Shown here piece by piece: positions 45,866 to 57,467 of a stretch of DNA of 64,000 nucleotides. The DNA is from an uncultured Alphaproteobacteria bacterium (GTDB lineage: Bacteria; Pseudomonadota; Alphaproteobacteria; Rhizobiales; Rhizobiaceae): contig CAVZBM010000007.1 of the NCBI GenBank assembly GCA_963773525.1, positions 197,824 to 261,823 on the forward strand, read 5' to 3'. A program made the position numbers and the translations under genes. Position 1 is the first letter of the stretch. Every line of letters starts with the position of its first letter. The notes below the pieces were generated by a model, which saw only the letters and a list, made by a program, of their open reading frames with translations, was not told the DNA's origin and made no database searches.

Positions 45866-47224
45866 TTGCTGCGATCTGCGCCGGCAGCCTTGCTCGCGGC
45901 CGGGCTGCCGCGCCCGGTTCTCGCCGGGTCCGACGGAAAAAACCTCAACGTGATACGCGATGCGGAGATCGAGAGCCTGATCGCGCAATACAGCGCGCCG
46001 ATCTTTCGCGCGGCAGGGATCAATGCAGCGCGCGTCCGCATCGTCCTCGTGAACGATCCGTCCTTCAATGCCTTCGTCGACGGCAAGCGGCTCTTCATCA
46101 ACACCGGCACGATCGGCCGGGCCGAAACACCCAACGAGGTAATCGGCGTGATCGCGCACGAGACGGCGCATCTGGCCGGCGGCCATCTCGACCGACTGCG
46201 AGACCAGGCGAAGGCCGCTCAGACCATGGCCGTCATCGCGTCTGTGCTGGGCGTCGGCGTCGCTGCGGCCGGTGCGGCGGCCGGAGCGGGGTCTCTCGCG
46301 GGCGTTGGCGCCGGCGCGGCGGCCGGTGGCGTCGAAGCGTCCCATCGCACGCTCCTGTCCTATCAGCGCGCCGAGGAAATGACGGCCGACCGGATGGCGC
46401 TCGACTATCTGAAGGCGACGGGACAGTCGCCGCGCGGCATGCTGGCGACGTTCGAGAGGATGGCGCGGGGGATGGCGCTCGCCGGGGTACGGGTCGATCC
46501 TTACAGGACAAGCCATCCGCTGCCGCAGGACCGACTGCAAACCCTCCGCACCCTCGCCTCCCAAAGCCCCTATTTCGACAAGGCCGACAGCGCCGCTCTG
46601 CAGGAGCGCCACGATCTCGCGCGCGCCAAGATCGCCGCCTATACCAGTCGCTCCTCCCTGCGCCTGCCTGCCCGGGCGATGACCCCGCTCGTCCGCGACT
46701 ATGCCAGCACCCTTACCGAGCTACTGAACGGAAGCCCGCAACGGGCTCTCCAGAAAGCCGATGCGCTCGTCAGGAGCAGGCCCGACTATGCCTATTTCCA
46801 AGAGGTGCGAGGCGACGCGCTGATGCGTCTGAACCGCACGGCCGAGGCCGCTGATGCCTATGGCCGGGCGCGCAGGCTGGATGGCACCAATTCGGCGGTT
46901 CTCGCCAGCCTGCAGGGACAGGCTCTCGTTGCCACGGGACAACCGGAGAAGGCGAAAGTTGCGATCGGCGTGCTGGAATCGGCGCTGCGGGCCGATCCCG
47001 AGACACCGATCGGGTGGCGTTTCCTCGCGTTGGCCTATGGCAGGAGCGGCGACATCGCCGCCGCCGAACTCGCCACGGCCAACGAACTCTTCTATTCTGG
47101 CGAAATCAAGCAGGCCAAGATCTTCGCCGCCCGCGCCCAGACCAGAACCAGGCGCGGCGGTCCGCTCTGGCTCAAGGCACAGGACATCATCGACTACCGA
47201 CCCATCGTGAATCCGAAGCGCTGA
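45866..47224 (+). CDS. M48 metalloprotease with TPR repeats (BepA/YfgC-like)
   Basis: NAF, HETAH zinc motif, EMTAD, SHP; start uncertain. Confidence 0.85.
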   Translation: MLRSAPAALLAAGLPRPVLAGSDGKNLNVIRDAEIESLIAQYSAPIFRAAGINAARVRIVLVNDPSFNAFVDGKRLFINTGTIGRAETPNEVIGVIAHETAHLAGGHLDRLRDQAKAAQTMAVIASVLGVGVAAAGAAAGAGSLAGVGAGAAAGGVEASHRTLLSYQRAEEMTADRMALDYLKATGQSPRGMLATFERMARGMALAGVRVDPYRTSHPLPQDRLQTLRTLASQSPYFDKADSAALQERHDLARAKIAAYTSRSSLRLPARAMTPLVRDYASTLTELLNGSPQRALQKADALVRSRPDYAYFQEVRGDALMRLNRTAEAADAYGRARRLDGTNSAVLASLQGQALVATGQPEKAKVAIGVLESALRADPETPIGWRFLALAYGRSGDIAAAELATANELFYSGEIKQAKIFAARAQTRTRRGGPLWLKAQDIIDYRPIVNPKR

Positions 47225-47253
47225 ACGGCGCTTCACCTGGAAAAGGACCAAAC

Positions 47254-47964
47254 ATGATCCGCAACATCACACGCCTGTTCCTTGCCGCCACGACGGCGAG
47301 CCTCCTCCTGGTTTCGAACGCGACCGCCGAGGACACGGCTCGCATGACGCGCGCCGAGGTCGAGACGATCGTCAAGGAGTATCTGCTCGACAATCCGGAG
47401 ATCCTGCTGGAGGTCTCCCGCGCCCTTTCGCAGAAGCAGCAGGCGCAGGCCGCGCAGAAGCTCTTCGAGAGCGACAAGGATGCCATTCTCGGCAATCCGG
47501 ACGGCAAGACGGTCGTCGCCGAGTTCTTCGACTACAATTGCAGCTATTGCCGGGCGGCCTATGGCGAGGTGCAAAAGGCCATCGCCGCCAATCCCGATCT
47601 GAAGGTCGTGCTCAAGGAATATCCGATTCTCGGACCGGATTCGCAGGACGCCCATGTCGTGGCGGTGGCGCTGCGGCGGATCGCTCCGGAACTCTACGCC
47701 GAGTTTCACAACCAGATGTACACGACGGACGGCCGGGCGACCGAAGAGAAGGCCATCGAGGTGGCAACGGATCTGGGTGTCCCGGAAGACGCGCTACGGG
47801 CCGCCATGGCCGAGGACGAGACCGAACAGCAACTCGCCGAGACGCAGCAGCTCGGGCTCGGGCTTCAGGTGAACGGCACACCGACCTATTTCGATGCCGA
47901 GGGTCCGTTCGGGTTCGACCAACTCATGGCTCGCACTGTGCCGGAGGGTCAACAGGACGGCTAG
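47254..47964 (+). CDS. DsbA-family thiol:disulfide oxidoreductase
   Basis: Signal peptide; EFFDYNCSYC; GTP cis-proline loop. Confidence 0.88.
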   Translation: MIRNITRLFLAATTASLLLVSNATAEDTARMTRAEVETIVKEYLLDNPEILLEVSRALSQKQQAQAAQKLFESDKDAILGNPDGKTVVAEFFDYNCSYCRAAYGEVQKAIAANPDLKVVLKEYPILGPDSQDAHVVAVALRRIAPELYAEFHNQMYTTDGRATEEKAIEVATDLGVPEDALRAAMAEDETEQQLAETQQLGLGLQVNGTPTYFDAEGPFGFDQLMARTVPEGQQDG

Positions 47965-48097
47965 GCGTAGCATGTGAAGGGACAGGCGAAGGGGCTTTTC
48001 GCCTGCGGCAAGGGGCTCTATAGCTGGCAGCTCTTCATCGGCTGCCACATATCCTGGTCATTGGACGCCGCAAAAGGATTTTAGAAAGAGGTAATTG

Positions 48098-48559
48098 ATG
48101 TCTTCGGAGAACACGTTTGACGAAGCACTGGTTCGCAGCCTTGCAGACATTCTGAACGAAACGAACCTCACCGAAATCGAGGTCGAGCAGGGCAAGCTGC
48201 GGATCCGCGTCTCGCGGCAGTCGAACTACGTCCAGACACACGCGCCCATGATGCAGGCTCCCGCGCCGACGCCGGTTGCGGGTGCAACGGAAGCGGCCAA
48301 CGGCACCTCAGACGGGATCGATCTTTCCAAGGCCGTGCCGTCGCCCATGGTCGGCACCGCCTATCTGTCGCCCGAGCCCGGCGCGCGGGCCTTTATCGAC
48401 GTCGGGACGAAGGTCACCGCCGGTCAGACGCTGCTGATCATCGAGGCGATGAAGACGATGAACCAGATCCCCGCTCCGAGAGCGGGTACGGTGAAGCAGA
48501 TCCTCATATCCGACGCCCAGCCAGTCGAATATGGCGAGCCACTCGTCATCATCGAATAA
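48098..48559 (+). CDS. accB: Acetyl-CoA carboxylase biotin carboxyl carrier protein
   Basis: SPMVGT and EAMKTMN. Confidence 0.95.
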   Translation: MSSENTFDEALVRSLADILNETNLTEIEVEQGKLRIRVSRQSNYVQTHAPMMQAPAPTPVAGATEAANGTSDGIDLSKAVPSPMVGTAYLSPEPGARAFIDVGTKVTAGQTLLIIEAMKTMNQIPAPRAGTVKQILISDAQPVEYGEPLVIIE

Positions 48560-48582
48560 GTTCGAAGCGCAAGGCGGTATCG

Positions 48583-49923
48583 ATGTTCAACAAGGTCCTC
48601 ATCGCCAATCGCGGCGAGATCGCGCTCCGCGTGCTACGCGCCTGCAAGGAGCTGGGTATCCAGACGGTCGCCGTCCATTCGACGGCGGACTCCGAAGCCA
48701 TGCATGTGAAGCTTGCCGATGAGAGCGTTTGCATCGGGCCCCCCGCCAGTCGCGAATCCTATCTGAACATCCATCAGATCGTCGCCGCCTGCGAGATCAC
48801 GGGCGCCGATGCAATCCATCCCGGCTACGGCTTCCTGTCGGAAAACGCCAAGTTCGCCGAAATCCTCGAAGCGCACAAGATCGTCTTCATCGGTCCGAAG
48901 GCGGAGCATATCCGCATCATGGGCGACAAGATCGAAGCCAAAAGGACGGCGGCCCGGCTCGGCATTCCGGTCGTTCCCGGCTCCGAGGGTGGCGTCACCG
49001 ATCCGGACGACGCCAAGCGCATCGCCGCCGATATCGGTTATCCCGTCATCATCAAGGCGGCGGCCGGCGGCGGCGGGCGCGGCATGAAGGTCGCGAGGAA
49101 CGAGGGGGAGCTGACGACGGCGTTGCAGACCGCCCGCTCGGAAGCCGGCGCGGCCTTCGGCGACGACGCCGTCTACATCGAAAAATACCTCGCCAAGCCG
49201 CGTCACATCGAGGTGCAGGTCGTCGGCGACGGCAAGGATGCCGCGGTGCACCTCGGCGAACGGGACTGCTCGCTGCAGCGCCGTCACCAGAAGGTCTGGG
49301 AGGAGGCGAACTCCCCTGCCCTCAATGCCGATGCGCGGGCGCGGATCGGCTCGGTCTGCGCCGACGCCATCGCGGAGATGGGCTATAGCGGGGCGGGCAC
49401 GATCGAGTTCCTCTACGAGGATGGCGAGTTCTTCTTCATCGAGATGAACACGCGCCTGCAGGTGGAGCATCCGGTGACCGAAGCGATCACCGGCATCGAT
49501 CTGGTCCATGAGCAGATCAGGGTCGCCTCCGGCGGCGGACTTTCCGTCCGGCAGAGCGAGGTGGAGTTCCAGGGCCACGCGATCGAGTGCCGCATCAATG
49601 CGGAGAACGCCCGAACCTTCGTGCCGTCGCCCGGCACGATCAGCCATTTCCACACGCCCGGCGGACTGGGCGTGCGCGTCGATTCCGGCGTCTATAGCGG
49701 CTATCGGATCCCGCCCTATTACGACAGCCTGATCGGCAAGCTCATCGTCCATGGCCGCAATCGGGTGGAATGCCTGATGCGACTGCGGCGTGCGCTTGAC
49801 GAATTCGTCGTGGACGGGATCGATACCACGCTGCCGCTGTTCCGCGACCTCGTCGGCAACCAGGACATCGCCGACGGCAATTACGACATCCATTGGCTGG
49901 AGCACTATCTGGCCGAAGGCTAG
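48583..49923 (+). CDS. accC: Biotin carboxylase
   Basis: [33 protein letters not shown]. Confidence 0.96.
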   Translation: MFNKVLIANRGEIALRVLRACKELGIQTVAVHSTADSEAMHVKLADESVCIGPPASRESYLNIHQIVAACEITGADAIHPGYGFLSENAKFAEILEAHKIVFIGPKAEHIRIMGDKIEAKRTAARLGIPVVPGSEGGVTDPDDAKRIAADIGYPVIIKAAAGGGGRGMKVARNEGELTTALQTARSEAGAAFGDDAVYIEKYLAKPRHIEVQVVGDGKDAAVHLGERDCSLQRRHQKVWEEANSPALNADARARIGSVCADAIAEMGYSGAGTIEFLYEDGEFFFIEMNTRLQVEHPVTEAITGIDLVHEQIRVASGGGLSVRQSEVEFQGHAIECRINAENARTFVPSPGTISHFHTPGGLGVRVDSGVYSGYRIPPYYDSLIGKLIVHGRNRVECLMRLRRALDEFVVDGIDTTLPLFRDLVGNQDIADGNYDIHWLEHYLAEG

Positions 49924-49951
49924 GCCCGTGCTAATCTCGGCAGGTCATCAG

Positions 49952-50572
49952 ATGAGCCGTCCCATCGCCCCGGGCAACGAAATACCGCCGGAACTGCTTC
50001 TCCGGGCCTATGCCTCCGGGGTCTTTCCGATGGCGGAGGACGCGAACGACGACGAAGTGTTCTGGGTCCGGCCCGACGTTCGCGGCGTTCTGCCGCTCAA
50101 CGATTTCCATGTGCCGAAGAGCCTGGCGAAGATCGCCCGGCGTGCGCCGTTCGAGATCACGGTTCGATACCGACTTCGAAGGCGTCCTCGAAGGCTGTGC
50201 GGAGGCGCGCTCGGGTCGTGAGACGACATGGATCAATCGGCCCGATCCGCCGCGCCTACACCCTGCTCCACCAGACCGGCCACGCCCATAGCGTCGAGGC
50301 CTGGCAGGGCGACGAGCTGGTCGGCGGCCTCTACGGCGTAACGCTGGGGGCGGCATTCTTCGGCGAAAGCATGTTCAGCCGGGTGCGCGATGCATCGAAG
50401 ATCTGTCTCGTCCATCTGGTGGAGCGGCTGCGGGAGCGAGGCTTCCGCCTTCTCGACACGCAGTTCACGACCGAGCACCTGAAGCGGTTCGGCGCGATCG
50501 ACATCGATCGTATGCGCTATGAGGAGATGCTGGCGGACGCGCTGGCGCACCGCGCCGCGTTCGACGACTTGA
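49952..50572 (+). CDS. aat: Leucyl/phenylalanyl-tRNA--protein transferase (frameshifted)
   Basis: [43 protein letters not shown] across three frames; end approximate. Confidence 0.88.
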
Positions 50573-50582
50573 GCAAAAGGGT

Positions 50583-51331
50583 CTATTGCTTGGCGGTTTC
50601 GGTCGGCGCTTCGCGCTCGGCCGCGCCGCCTGCCGTCCCCGTCTTCGTCTTCGCCGGACGTCTCTTCTGCCTGCGCGTCGGGAGGCGTCACATCGGCGTC
50701 TTGCTTGCAGCCCTTCAGCCAGACGTCGTAGACGGCATGTTCGACCGCGTTCAGGCCCGGGCTTTCAGCGAACATCCAGCCGGTGAAGATGCGGCGGACT
50801 TTCCGGTCGAGGGTCATTTCGTCGATCTCGACGAAGCTGTCGGTCTTCGGCTCCAGGCTCTTGGGACGGCTGATGCAGACGCGCGGGGTGACGAGCAGCG
50901 CGCCGAACTGCACCGTCTCATCGATATAGACGTCGAAAGTGATGGATACGGCCGGTGATCTTGTCGATACCGGTGAAGGTCGCGACCTTGTTGCTGACCG
51001 GCTTGTCCTCGACGGCCGGCGCCGGCTCGCTGATTTCGGCATCCATCTGTGTCGCATCGGGCGCGACGATCGTGTCGTTCTCGGGCGGCTGCTGCTGCGC
51101 AAAAGGATCATTCGGATCATCGAGCAGAGGATTGGGATTGCTCAGGAAGGGATCGGAGCTGCCGTCATCCGGGAACTGAGCTTCGTCGTCGGGAAGAGGA
51201 CGAACGGGCGATTCATAGTCTCTGGCCGGATCGGCCGGCTGTCCCGGAGCGGGCAGAGGCCGCCGCTGGATCGTCTGCGCTCCCGCCTCGTGCGCCGTGG
51301 CCAGCGCAACGAGCGAAACCGCCAAAATCAT
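50583..51331 (-). CDS. DUF2155 family protein (frameshifted)
   Basis: Signal peptide; GIDKITGR|ITFDV and [24 protein letters not shown]. Confidence 0.8.
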
Positions 51332-51482
51332 GCCCTTGCGTAGCAATGATGCTCTCCCGCTTGATCGGCCGGGTCGATCTCGCGCCCTGGCCACCCCGGA
51401 CGGCGGCCCGCAGGCCCCAGCCGCTTTGGCTAACCAGTGAATGTGGCAACGCTGCGCCCGGACGGCCGGCGCCACCCGCGGT

Positions 51483-51882
51483 TCATTCCCCCGGCGACCA
51501 GGCGTCGTAGTCGCCTGTGACACGGGGGCGTTCGCCGGTGTTGTAGAGCGAACCCTTCGGATGATAGGCCAAAGGTGTTCCCGTCAGGTTCGGCCGATGT
51601 GGCCGATGCCATTCGCGCTTCACGAAATCGGATTGGGGGGGCGCGATGTCCGTCGTGTGGTGCATCCAGCCATGCCAGCCGGCCGGGATCAGCGAGGCCT
51701 CGGAGATATCGGCATAGACCACGTAGCGGCGCGTTCGTCCCTCGGAATCCTTGCCGCCCTCATAGTAGACATTGCCGAACTCGTCGTCGCCCACCTCTCC
51801 GGCCGTTGCGCCAGAGATGGAAGCGGAAATTGAGCTGATTGCCATTCCACCAGGTGAAGAACTGCTTGAGAAAACTGCTCAT
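51483..51882 (-). CDS. NDUFA12-family protein (frameshift near the 5' end)
   Basis: FFTWWNG; VGDDEFGNVYY, IPAGWHGWMH, NLTGT, DYDAWSP. Confidence 0.85.
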
Positions 51883-51958
51883 GGCGTCCTGTCGTGCGCG
51901 GGATTTGCCTTGTGCGGCTTATGGCGCTGCACGCCTGCCTTGGCAAGGGCGGGGCTCG

Positions 51959-52456
51959 TCACTCGAGATGCTTTTCCATGATCAGGGCCGGGATGCCGCT
52001 GTCCTTGACGCCGCAATTCTCGGTCCGGCCGATGCGCTCGTAGCCCTGCTTCTCGTAGAAGCTGATCGCCTTGTCGTTGGCTTCCTCCACCTCCAGCCGC
52101 ATGCGGGCGGCGGCGGGGAACGCGCTTTCCATCTCGATCAGCAGTGCCGTGCCAGCGCCCCGCCCCTGCACGTCCGGATTGACGTAGAGCTGGTGGAGGA
52201 ACGCGGTGCGCTCGTCGCCGCCATCGCCCATCGAGGCGAACGCCACGCCGAGGATGTTCTCGCCATCGTCGGCGATGACGAACTCCGAATATGGCTTGTT
52301 CAGCCGCTTGCGGAGCGCAGCCTCCGAATGCCAGCCGGACGTCAGGGCTGCAACGCGGTCCTCGCCGTAGATGCCGTCATAGGTCGCGTGCCAGGTACGA
52401 GTGAGAAGTTCCCGAATATCTGAAATGTCGTCGGGATCGACGGTGCGGATCCACAT
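51959..52456 (-). CDS. GNAT family N-acetyltransferase
   Basis: TWHATY, QGRGAG, NDKAISFYEKQG. Confidence 0.88.
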   Translation of the reverse strand: MWIRTVDPDDISDIRELLTRTWHATYDGIYGEDRVAALTSGWHSEAALRKRLNKPYSEFVIADDGENILGVAFASMGDGGDERTAFLHQLYVNPDVQGRGAGTALLIEMESAFPAAARMRLEVEEANDKAISFYEKQGYERIGRTENCGVKDSGIPALIMEKHLE

Positions 52457-52601
52457 GGCCTGTCGGTCGTATGGCGCCGGGTGTCGGGCCAGCGTTTCCC
52501 GTCGGAGCTTCAGGGCGCCGTAGATGAAGGGAAGCCGAAAAACCCCGCCGCCGTCAAGCAGGATGGTGCCGCATTTCGGTCCAAGCAGCCTTCCGGACCG
52601 C

Positions 52602-54029
52602 CTAGAGGCCGAGTGAACGATAGCTGGAAGCGACCCGTTGAACGGCGATCATGTAGGCGCTGGTGCGGAGGTCCATGCCGGAATCATTCTTGCGCAATTC
52701 GTGCCATTTCTCGCGCATCGCCTCGTAGGTGACGCGCATGGTGTCATCCAGACCGGATCGGACGAGCGACAGTTCGTCCGATCCGTCGATGTAGAATTGC
52801 TTGAATTCGTCGGCCATTTGCATGCCCGTCGACCGCTCGATCTCCTCGATCAGGCGCCGGTGCCTCGTTTCCTCTCCCCGCCGCTGCATGCGTCCGAAGC
52901 GGATATGCGACAGGTTCTTGACCCATTCGAAATAGGAGACGGTGACACCGCCGGCATTCACGTACAGGTCCGGAAGGACGATGATCCCGCGCTCGCGGAG
53001 GCGTTCATCCGCCCCGGCCGTGACCGGACCGTTCGCCGCCTCCACGACGAGCGGCGCCCGGATGCGGTCGGCGTTGGACAGGTTGATGACGCCTTCCATG
53101 GCTGCCGGAATGAGTATGTCGCATTCCGCTTCAAGCAGCGCGGCGGAGTTCTGGATGAACAGTCCCTTGGGATAGCCCTCGAAGGTCCGGTGCTCGGCGA
53201 AGTAATTTCGCGCGGCATCGACATCGATTCCCGTCTCGTCGAACAGGCCGCCATTGAATTCGGCGAGGCCGGTAATACGACAGCCATCCTCCTGCTGGAG
53301 GAACTTGGCTGCATGATAGCCGACGTTGCCGAGCCCCTGCACGACAACACGCTGACCCATCAGCGTGCCTTCCAGGTGAGCGACATCGAGGTCGGCCGGG
53401 TGGCGGAAGAATTCCTGCAGGGCGTACTGCACGCCGCGACCCGTCGCCTCGGTGCGTCCCCGGATACCACCAGCCTCAAGCGGCTTGCCGGTGACGCAGG
53501 CGCGCGAATTGATGTCGGTCGTGTGGATGCGACGATACTGGTCGGCAATCCACGCCATCTCGCGTTCGCCTGTCCCCATGTCCGGCGCTGGCACGTTCTG
53601 GCTCGGATTGATCAGATCGCGCTTGATCAGTTCCGAGGCGAAACGGCGGGTGATGCGCTCCAGTTCGTCCTCGGTCCATTCATGAGGATCAATGCGAAGG
53701 CCTCCCTTGGACCCGCCGAACGGCACCTCCACCAGTGCGCACTTGTAGGTCATCAGGGCCGCGAGCGCCTCCACCTCGTCCTGATGGACGCTGGTGGCAT
53801 AGCGAATGCCGCCCTTGACCGGCTCGGCATGTTCCGAGTGTACCGAGCGATAGCCGGTGAAGGTGTGGATCTCGCCGCGCAGCCGGACGCCGAAACGAAC
53901 CGTGTAAGTGGAGTTGCAGACCCGAATCTTCTGCGACAGGCCGGGTGAGAGGCTGAGGCGCTTGACTGCGCGCTCGAAATGCAGGTCCACGCTTTCGCGA
54001 AACGACGGCTCGGCAACCGGCTGCGTCAT
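52602..54029 (-). CDS. gdhA: Glu/Leu/Phe/Val dehydrogenase (glutamate dehydrogenase)
   Basis: KGGIRY, PFGGSKGG, VPAPDMGT, GLGNVG, EAANGP, NAGGVTVSYFEW. Confidence 0.88.
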   Translation of the reverse strand: MTQPVAEPSFRESVDLHFERAVKRLSLSPGLSQKIRVCNSTYTVRFGVRLRGEIHTFTGYRSVHSEHAEPVKGGIRYATSVHQDEVEALAALMTYKCALVEVPFGGSKGGLRIDPHEWTEDELERITRRFASELIKRDLINPSQNVPAPDMGTGEREMAWIADQYRRIHTTDINSRACVTGKPLEAGGIRGRTEATGRGVQYALQEFFRHPADLDVAHLEGTLMGQRVVVQGLGNVGYHAAKFLQQEDGCRITGLAEFNGGLFDETGIDVDAARNYFAEHRTFEGYPKGLFIQNSAALLEAECDILIPAAMEGVINLSNADRIRAPLVVEAANGPVTAGADERLRERGIIVLPDLYVNAGGVTVSYFEWVKNLSHIRFGRMQRRGEETRHRRLIEEIERSTGMQMADEFKQFYIDGSDELSLVRSGLDDTMRVTYEAMREKWHELRKNDSGMDLRTSAYMIAVQRVASSYRSLGL

Positions 54030-54096
54030 GATTCTTCTCCCAGATCCAATTGTCGGACAGGGAAGCACTTTCGCTACGGAATGCAACAGCCGACGG

Positions 54097-55596
54097 CTAT
54101 TCAACGCCGAGTTTCTGACGGACGAGTTCGTTCACCGCCTGCGGATTTGCCTTGCCGCCGGTCGCCTTCATCACCTGCCCGACGAACCATCCCGCCATCG
54201 ACGGCTTGGCCTTCGCCTGCTCGACCTTGTCGGGATTGGCGGCGATGACCTTGTCGACCTCCGCCTCGATGGCAGCGGTGTCGGTCACCTGCTTCATACC
54301 GCGCTCGTCGACGATCCGCTTCGGATCGCCGCCCTCGCTGAAGACGATCTCGAAGAGATCCTTGGCGATCTTGCCGCTGATCGTACCCTCGCGGATCAAA
54401 TCGAGGATCTGGCCAAGCTGGTCTGGCGAAACGGGCGTCTCTTCGATCGATTGGCCGGCCTTGTTCAAGGCGCCGAGCAGGTCGTTGATCACCCAATTGG
54501 CCGCCTGTTTGCCGTCCCGGCCCTCCGCCAGCGCCTCGTAATAATCGGCGATCGCCTTTTCGGACACGAGGATCGAAGCGTCATAGGCGGACAAGCCGGT
54601 CTCGGCCATCAGCCGCGCCCTCTTGTCGTCCGGCAGTTCCGGCAGGCCCTCGGCCAGCTTCGCCACGAACGCCTCGTCGAACTCAAGCGGCAGGAGATCG
54701 GGATCGGGGAAGTAGCGATAGTCATGCGCCTCTTCCTTGGAACGCATGGACCGCGTCTCGCCCTTGCCCGGATCGAACAGCCGCGTTTCCTGATCGATGG
54801 CGCCGCCATCCTCGAGAATTGCGATCTGGCGACGCGCCTCATATTCGATTGCCTGGCCCACAAAGCGGATCGAGTTGACGTTCTTGATCTCGCAGCGCGT
54901 GCCGAAATCGCCGCCCGGCTTGCGGACGGACACGTTCACGTCGGCACGCATGGATCCCTCGTCCATGTTGCCGTCGCAGGTGCCGAGATAGCGGAGGATC
55001 GTGCGCAGCTTGGTCAGATAGGCCTTGGACTCTTCGGCCGAGCGCAGATCCGGCTTGGAGACGATCTCCATCAGCGCCACGCCGGAGCGGTTGAGATCGA
55101 CATAGCTCATCGTCGGATGCTGGTCGTGAAGGCTCTTGCCGGCATCCTGCTCCAAATGGAGACGCTCGATTCCGATCTCGACATCCTCGAAATTGCCCTG
55201 CCGGTCCGGCCCGACCGAAATCGTCACCGTCCCCTCGCCGACGATCGGATGGGCGAACTGGCTGATCTGGTAGCCCTGCGGCAAATCCGGATAGAAGTAA
55301 TTCTTGCGGTCGAAGACCGAGCGATGATTGATCTGGGCCTTCAGTCCAAGGCCGGTCCGCACAGCCTGGCGGACGCACTCCTCGTTGATCACCGGCAGCA
55401 TGCCGGGCATGGCGGCATCGACGAGGCTGACATTGTCGTTCGGCGCGGCGCCGAAGCTGGTCGAAGCCCCCGAGAAGAGCTTGCTTTGGGAGGTGACCTG
55501 GGCGTGGACCTCCATTCCGATCACGATTTCCCAATCTCCCGTGGCGCCGGAAAGAAAACGTTTCGGATCGGGGGTGCGGCTATCGACGATCGCCAT
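54097..55596 (-). CDS. gatB: Asp/Glu-tRNA amidotransferase subunit B
   Basis: [35 protein letters not shown]. Confidence 0.97.
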   Translation of the reverse strand: MAIVDSRTPDPKRFLSGATGDWEIVIGMEVHAQVTSQSKLFSGASTSFGAAPNDNVSLVDAAMPGMLPVINEECVRQAVRTGLGLKAQINHRSVFDRKNYFYPDLPQGYQISQFAHPIVGEGTVTISVGPDRQGNFEDVEIGIERLHLEQDAGKSLHDQHPTMSYVDLNRSGVALMEIVSKPDLRSAEESKAYLTKLRTILRYLGTCDGNMDEGSMRADVNVSVRKPGGDFGTRCEIKNVNSIRFVGQAIEYEARRQIAILEDGGAIDQETRLFDPGKGETRSMRSKEEAHDYRYFPDPDLLPLEFDEAFVAKLAEGLPELPDDKRARLMAETGLSAYDASILVSEKAIADYYEALAEGRDGKQAANWVINDLLGALNKAGQSIEETPVSPDQLGQILDLIREGTISGKIAKDLFEIVFSEGGDPKRIVDERGMKQVTDTAAIEAEVDKVIAANPDKVEQAKAKPSMAGWFVGQVMKATGGKANPQAVNELVRQKLGVE

Positions 55597-55757
55597 TTCG
55601 CAACGGTTCCCTGCGAATGTGTGGAAGCGTCATCGAAACCGGTCAGCCGGAGTGCCGGCGGCGGCTTCGCGACATGGTCGGAGGTTCGGGTAGAGCAAAA
55701 GCCGCACCCGTTCAAGGTTTGCGAACGCGTGCAATGGCGGCCGGTGAGCCGGTGCGG

Positions 55758-56183
55758 CTAGCTCGCAATATATTGCTTCAGGGAGTCCGCTTCCTCCTGG
55801 GCCTGCCGGATGCGCCGCTTGACCACGTCACCGATCGAGATGATCCCGACGACCCGAGCATCCTCGACCACCGGAAGATGGCGGAACCGGCCCTCGGTCA
55901 TCTGGTCCATCACTTCCTCGACCGAGCTGCCCTCGTGGCAGGTCATGACCTCGCGGGTCATGAAGGCCGAGATGGGCCGGTCGAGCGCCGCGGCGCTGTC
56001 CCTCGCTATCGCACGCACCACGTCGCGTTCGGACAGGATGCCGGCGATCTGAACGCCAGACATGATGAGAAGGGCGCCGATGCGCTTCTCGGCCAGCAGC
56101 GAGGCCGCTTCCCGCAGGGTTGCGTTCGGCCCGAGCGTGGCGACGTCCCGCCCCTTCTGTTCCAGAATCTGACGAATGTTCAT
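55758..56183 (-). CDS. CBS domain protein
   Basis: GILSERD and FRHLPV...ISIGDVVK. Confidence 0.9.
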   Translation of the reverse strand: MNIRQILEQKGRDVATLGPNATLREAASLLAEKRIGALLIMSGVQIAGILSERDVVRAIARDSAAALDRPISAFMTREVMTCHEGSSVEEVMDQMTEGRFRHLPVVEDARVVGIISIGDVVKRRIRQAQEEADSLKQYIAS

Positions 56184-56269
56184 GGCTGACCTCCACCTCT
56201 CCTGCCTATTATCCTATCGTGCGACGCCGTCCTCTCTTTCGCAAGTCATTCCAGTGGCATCACCGATTT

Positions 56270-57070
56270 CTATCGCCTAGCCGGAAATAGCGGCAGAAGC
56301 AGGAAGCCGGCGATGAAACCGCCAATATGGGCCTGCCAGGCAATCGCGCTGTCGCCTACGGACACGAACAGGCCGGTGATCAGGTTCACCAGAAGCCAGA
56401 TCGAGATGAAGCCCAGGACGGTGCGCGATCGCAGCACTTCCGGAAAGCTCAGAGGCCGGCTTGCGAATGCCCGGCGGCGCCCCGACCGATCGATTCGAAA
56501 GCCGAGGCGGCTTGCGGCGCCCATCATGCCGCTGATCGCTCCCGATGCGCCGACGAGGATCGACGGACCGAACGGGTCGATCACGAAATGCAGCAGCGCC
56601 GCTGCGAACGACGTCGCGATCCAGAACAGGACGAAGGGTCCGGTTCCGATGCGCAACGCCAGCGGAGAGCCGAAGATCGCCAACCAGACGGCGTTCATGA
56701 AGAAGTGTGTCCAGCCGCCGTGGAGCAGCGAATAGGTGATGGCGGCGAGGAGTTCGTGAAGAAGTCCCGACAGACCGTATGCGGCCAGTTCAGGAATGAA
56801 GGCGAACCAGTAGAGGACCTCGTTGTCCGTCGCGACCGGCAACAAGAGGCTGCGCACCGCCTGGATTCCCGCCATCAAAAGGAGGAAGAACGTGACGGCT
56901 GGCGCCAAATTGACGACCGGTTCGTCCGCGGGCTCGGCGCGATCAGCGTAAACCGTGTCGGGCTCTCCCGTCAGGCTCTCCGGCTCCGCACGAGCCCAGG
57001 GGGACGGTGACGGCACTTTCGGCTTGTTCCCGTCCGGCCCGCCATCCGCATTCGATCGCCGCTCTGTCAC
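56270..57070 (-). CDS. Rhomboid intramembrane serine protease
   Basis: HGGWTHFFMN, GASG, AHIGG. Confidence 0.92.
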   Translation of the reverse strand: MTERRSNADGGPDGNKPKVPSPSPWARAEPESLTGEPDTVYADRAEPADEPVVNLAPAVTFFLLLMAGIQAVRSLLLPVATDNEVLYWFAFIPELAAYGLSGLLHELLAAITYSLLHGGWTHFFMNAVWLAIFGSPLALRIGTGPFVLFWIATSFAAALLHFVIDPFGPSILVGASGAISGMMGAASRLGFRIDRSGRRRAFASRPLSFPEVLRSRTVLGFISIWLLVNLITGLFVSVGDSAIAWQAHIGGFIAGFLLLPLFPARR

Positions 57071-57377
57071 GCGCTCATCCCTTTTGGGTCGAGAAATGGG
57101 TTTCGATGGCTGCGGCGCAAGCGGCAGGCGTCAAGGATTTCGACGGCAGCCGTCGGGCCGGCGTCTGCCCGACGAAAAAGAGGCCGCTCCGACTTCATGT
57201 CGGAACGGCCTGAAACGGATCCGTAGAACCCCTGTCCTTCCAAGGACTTACTGACCGAGGTACTGCAGCCCGGAGCCATCGGGTTGCAGACGTTCTTGTC
57301 TCATGAGACCCGCTTTCCGACAACCGAAACCACCCATTAACCTTAACGGAACTGCCGCCTTCCCGGTCTGCGCGAGC

Positions 57378-57393
57378 TGGCACGGCCGATGCA
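57378..57393 (+). promoter_or_regulatory. Putative sigma-54 (-24/-12) promoter
   Basis: TGGCACG-GCCG-ATGCA (GG-N10-GC), 74 bp upstream of the PAS gene. Confidence 0.6.
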
Positions 57394-57467
57394 ACGCACG
57401 GGCCGAAAGCCAGTGCACCGGCCTATTCTGCCCCGTACTGGCACAGCGCTGACCGAGGGAGGTACGC

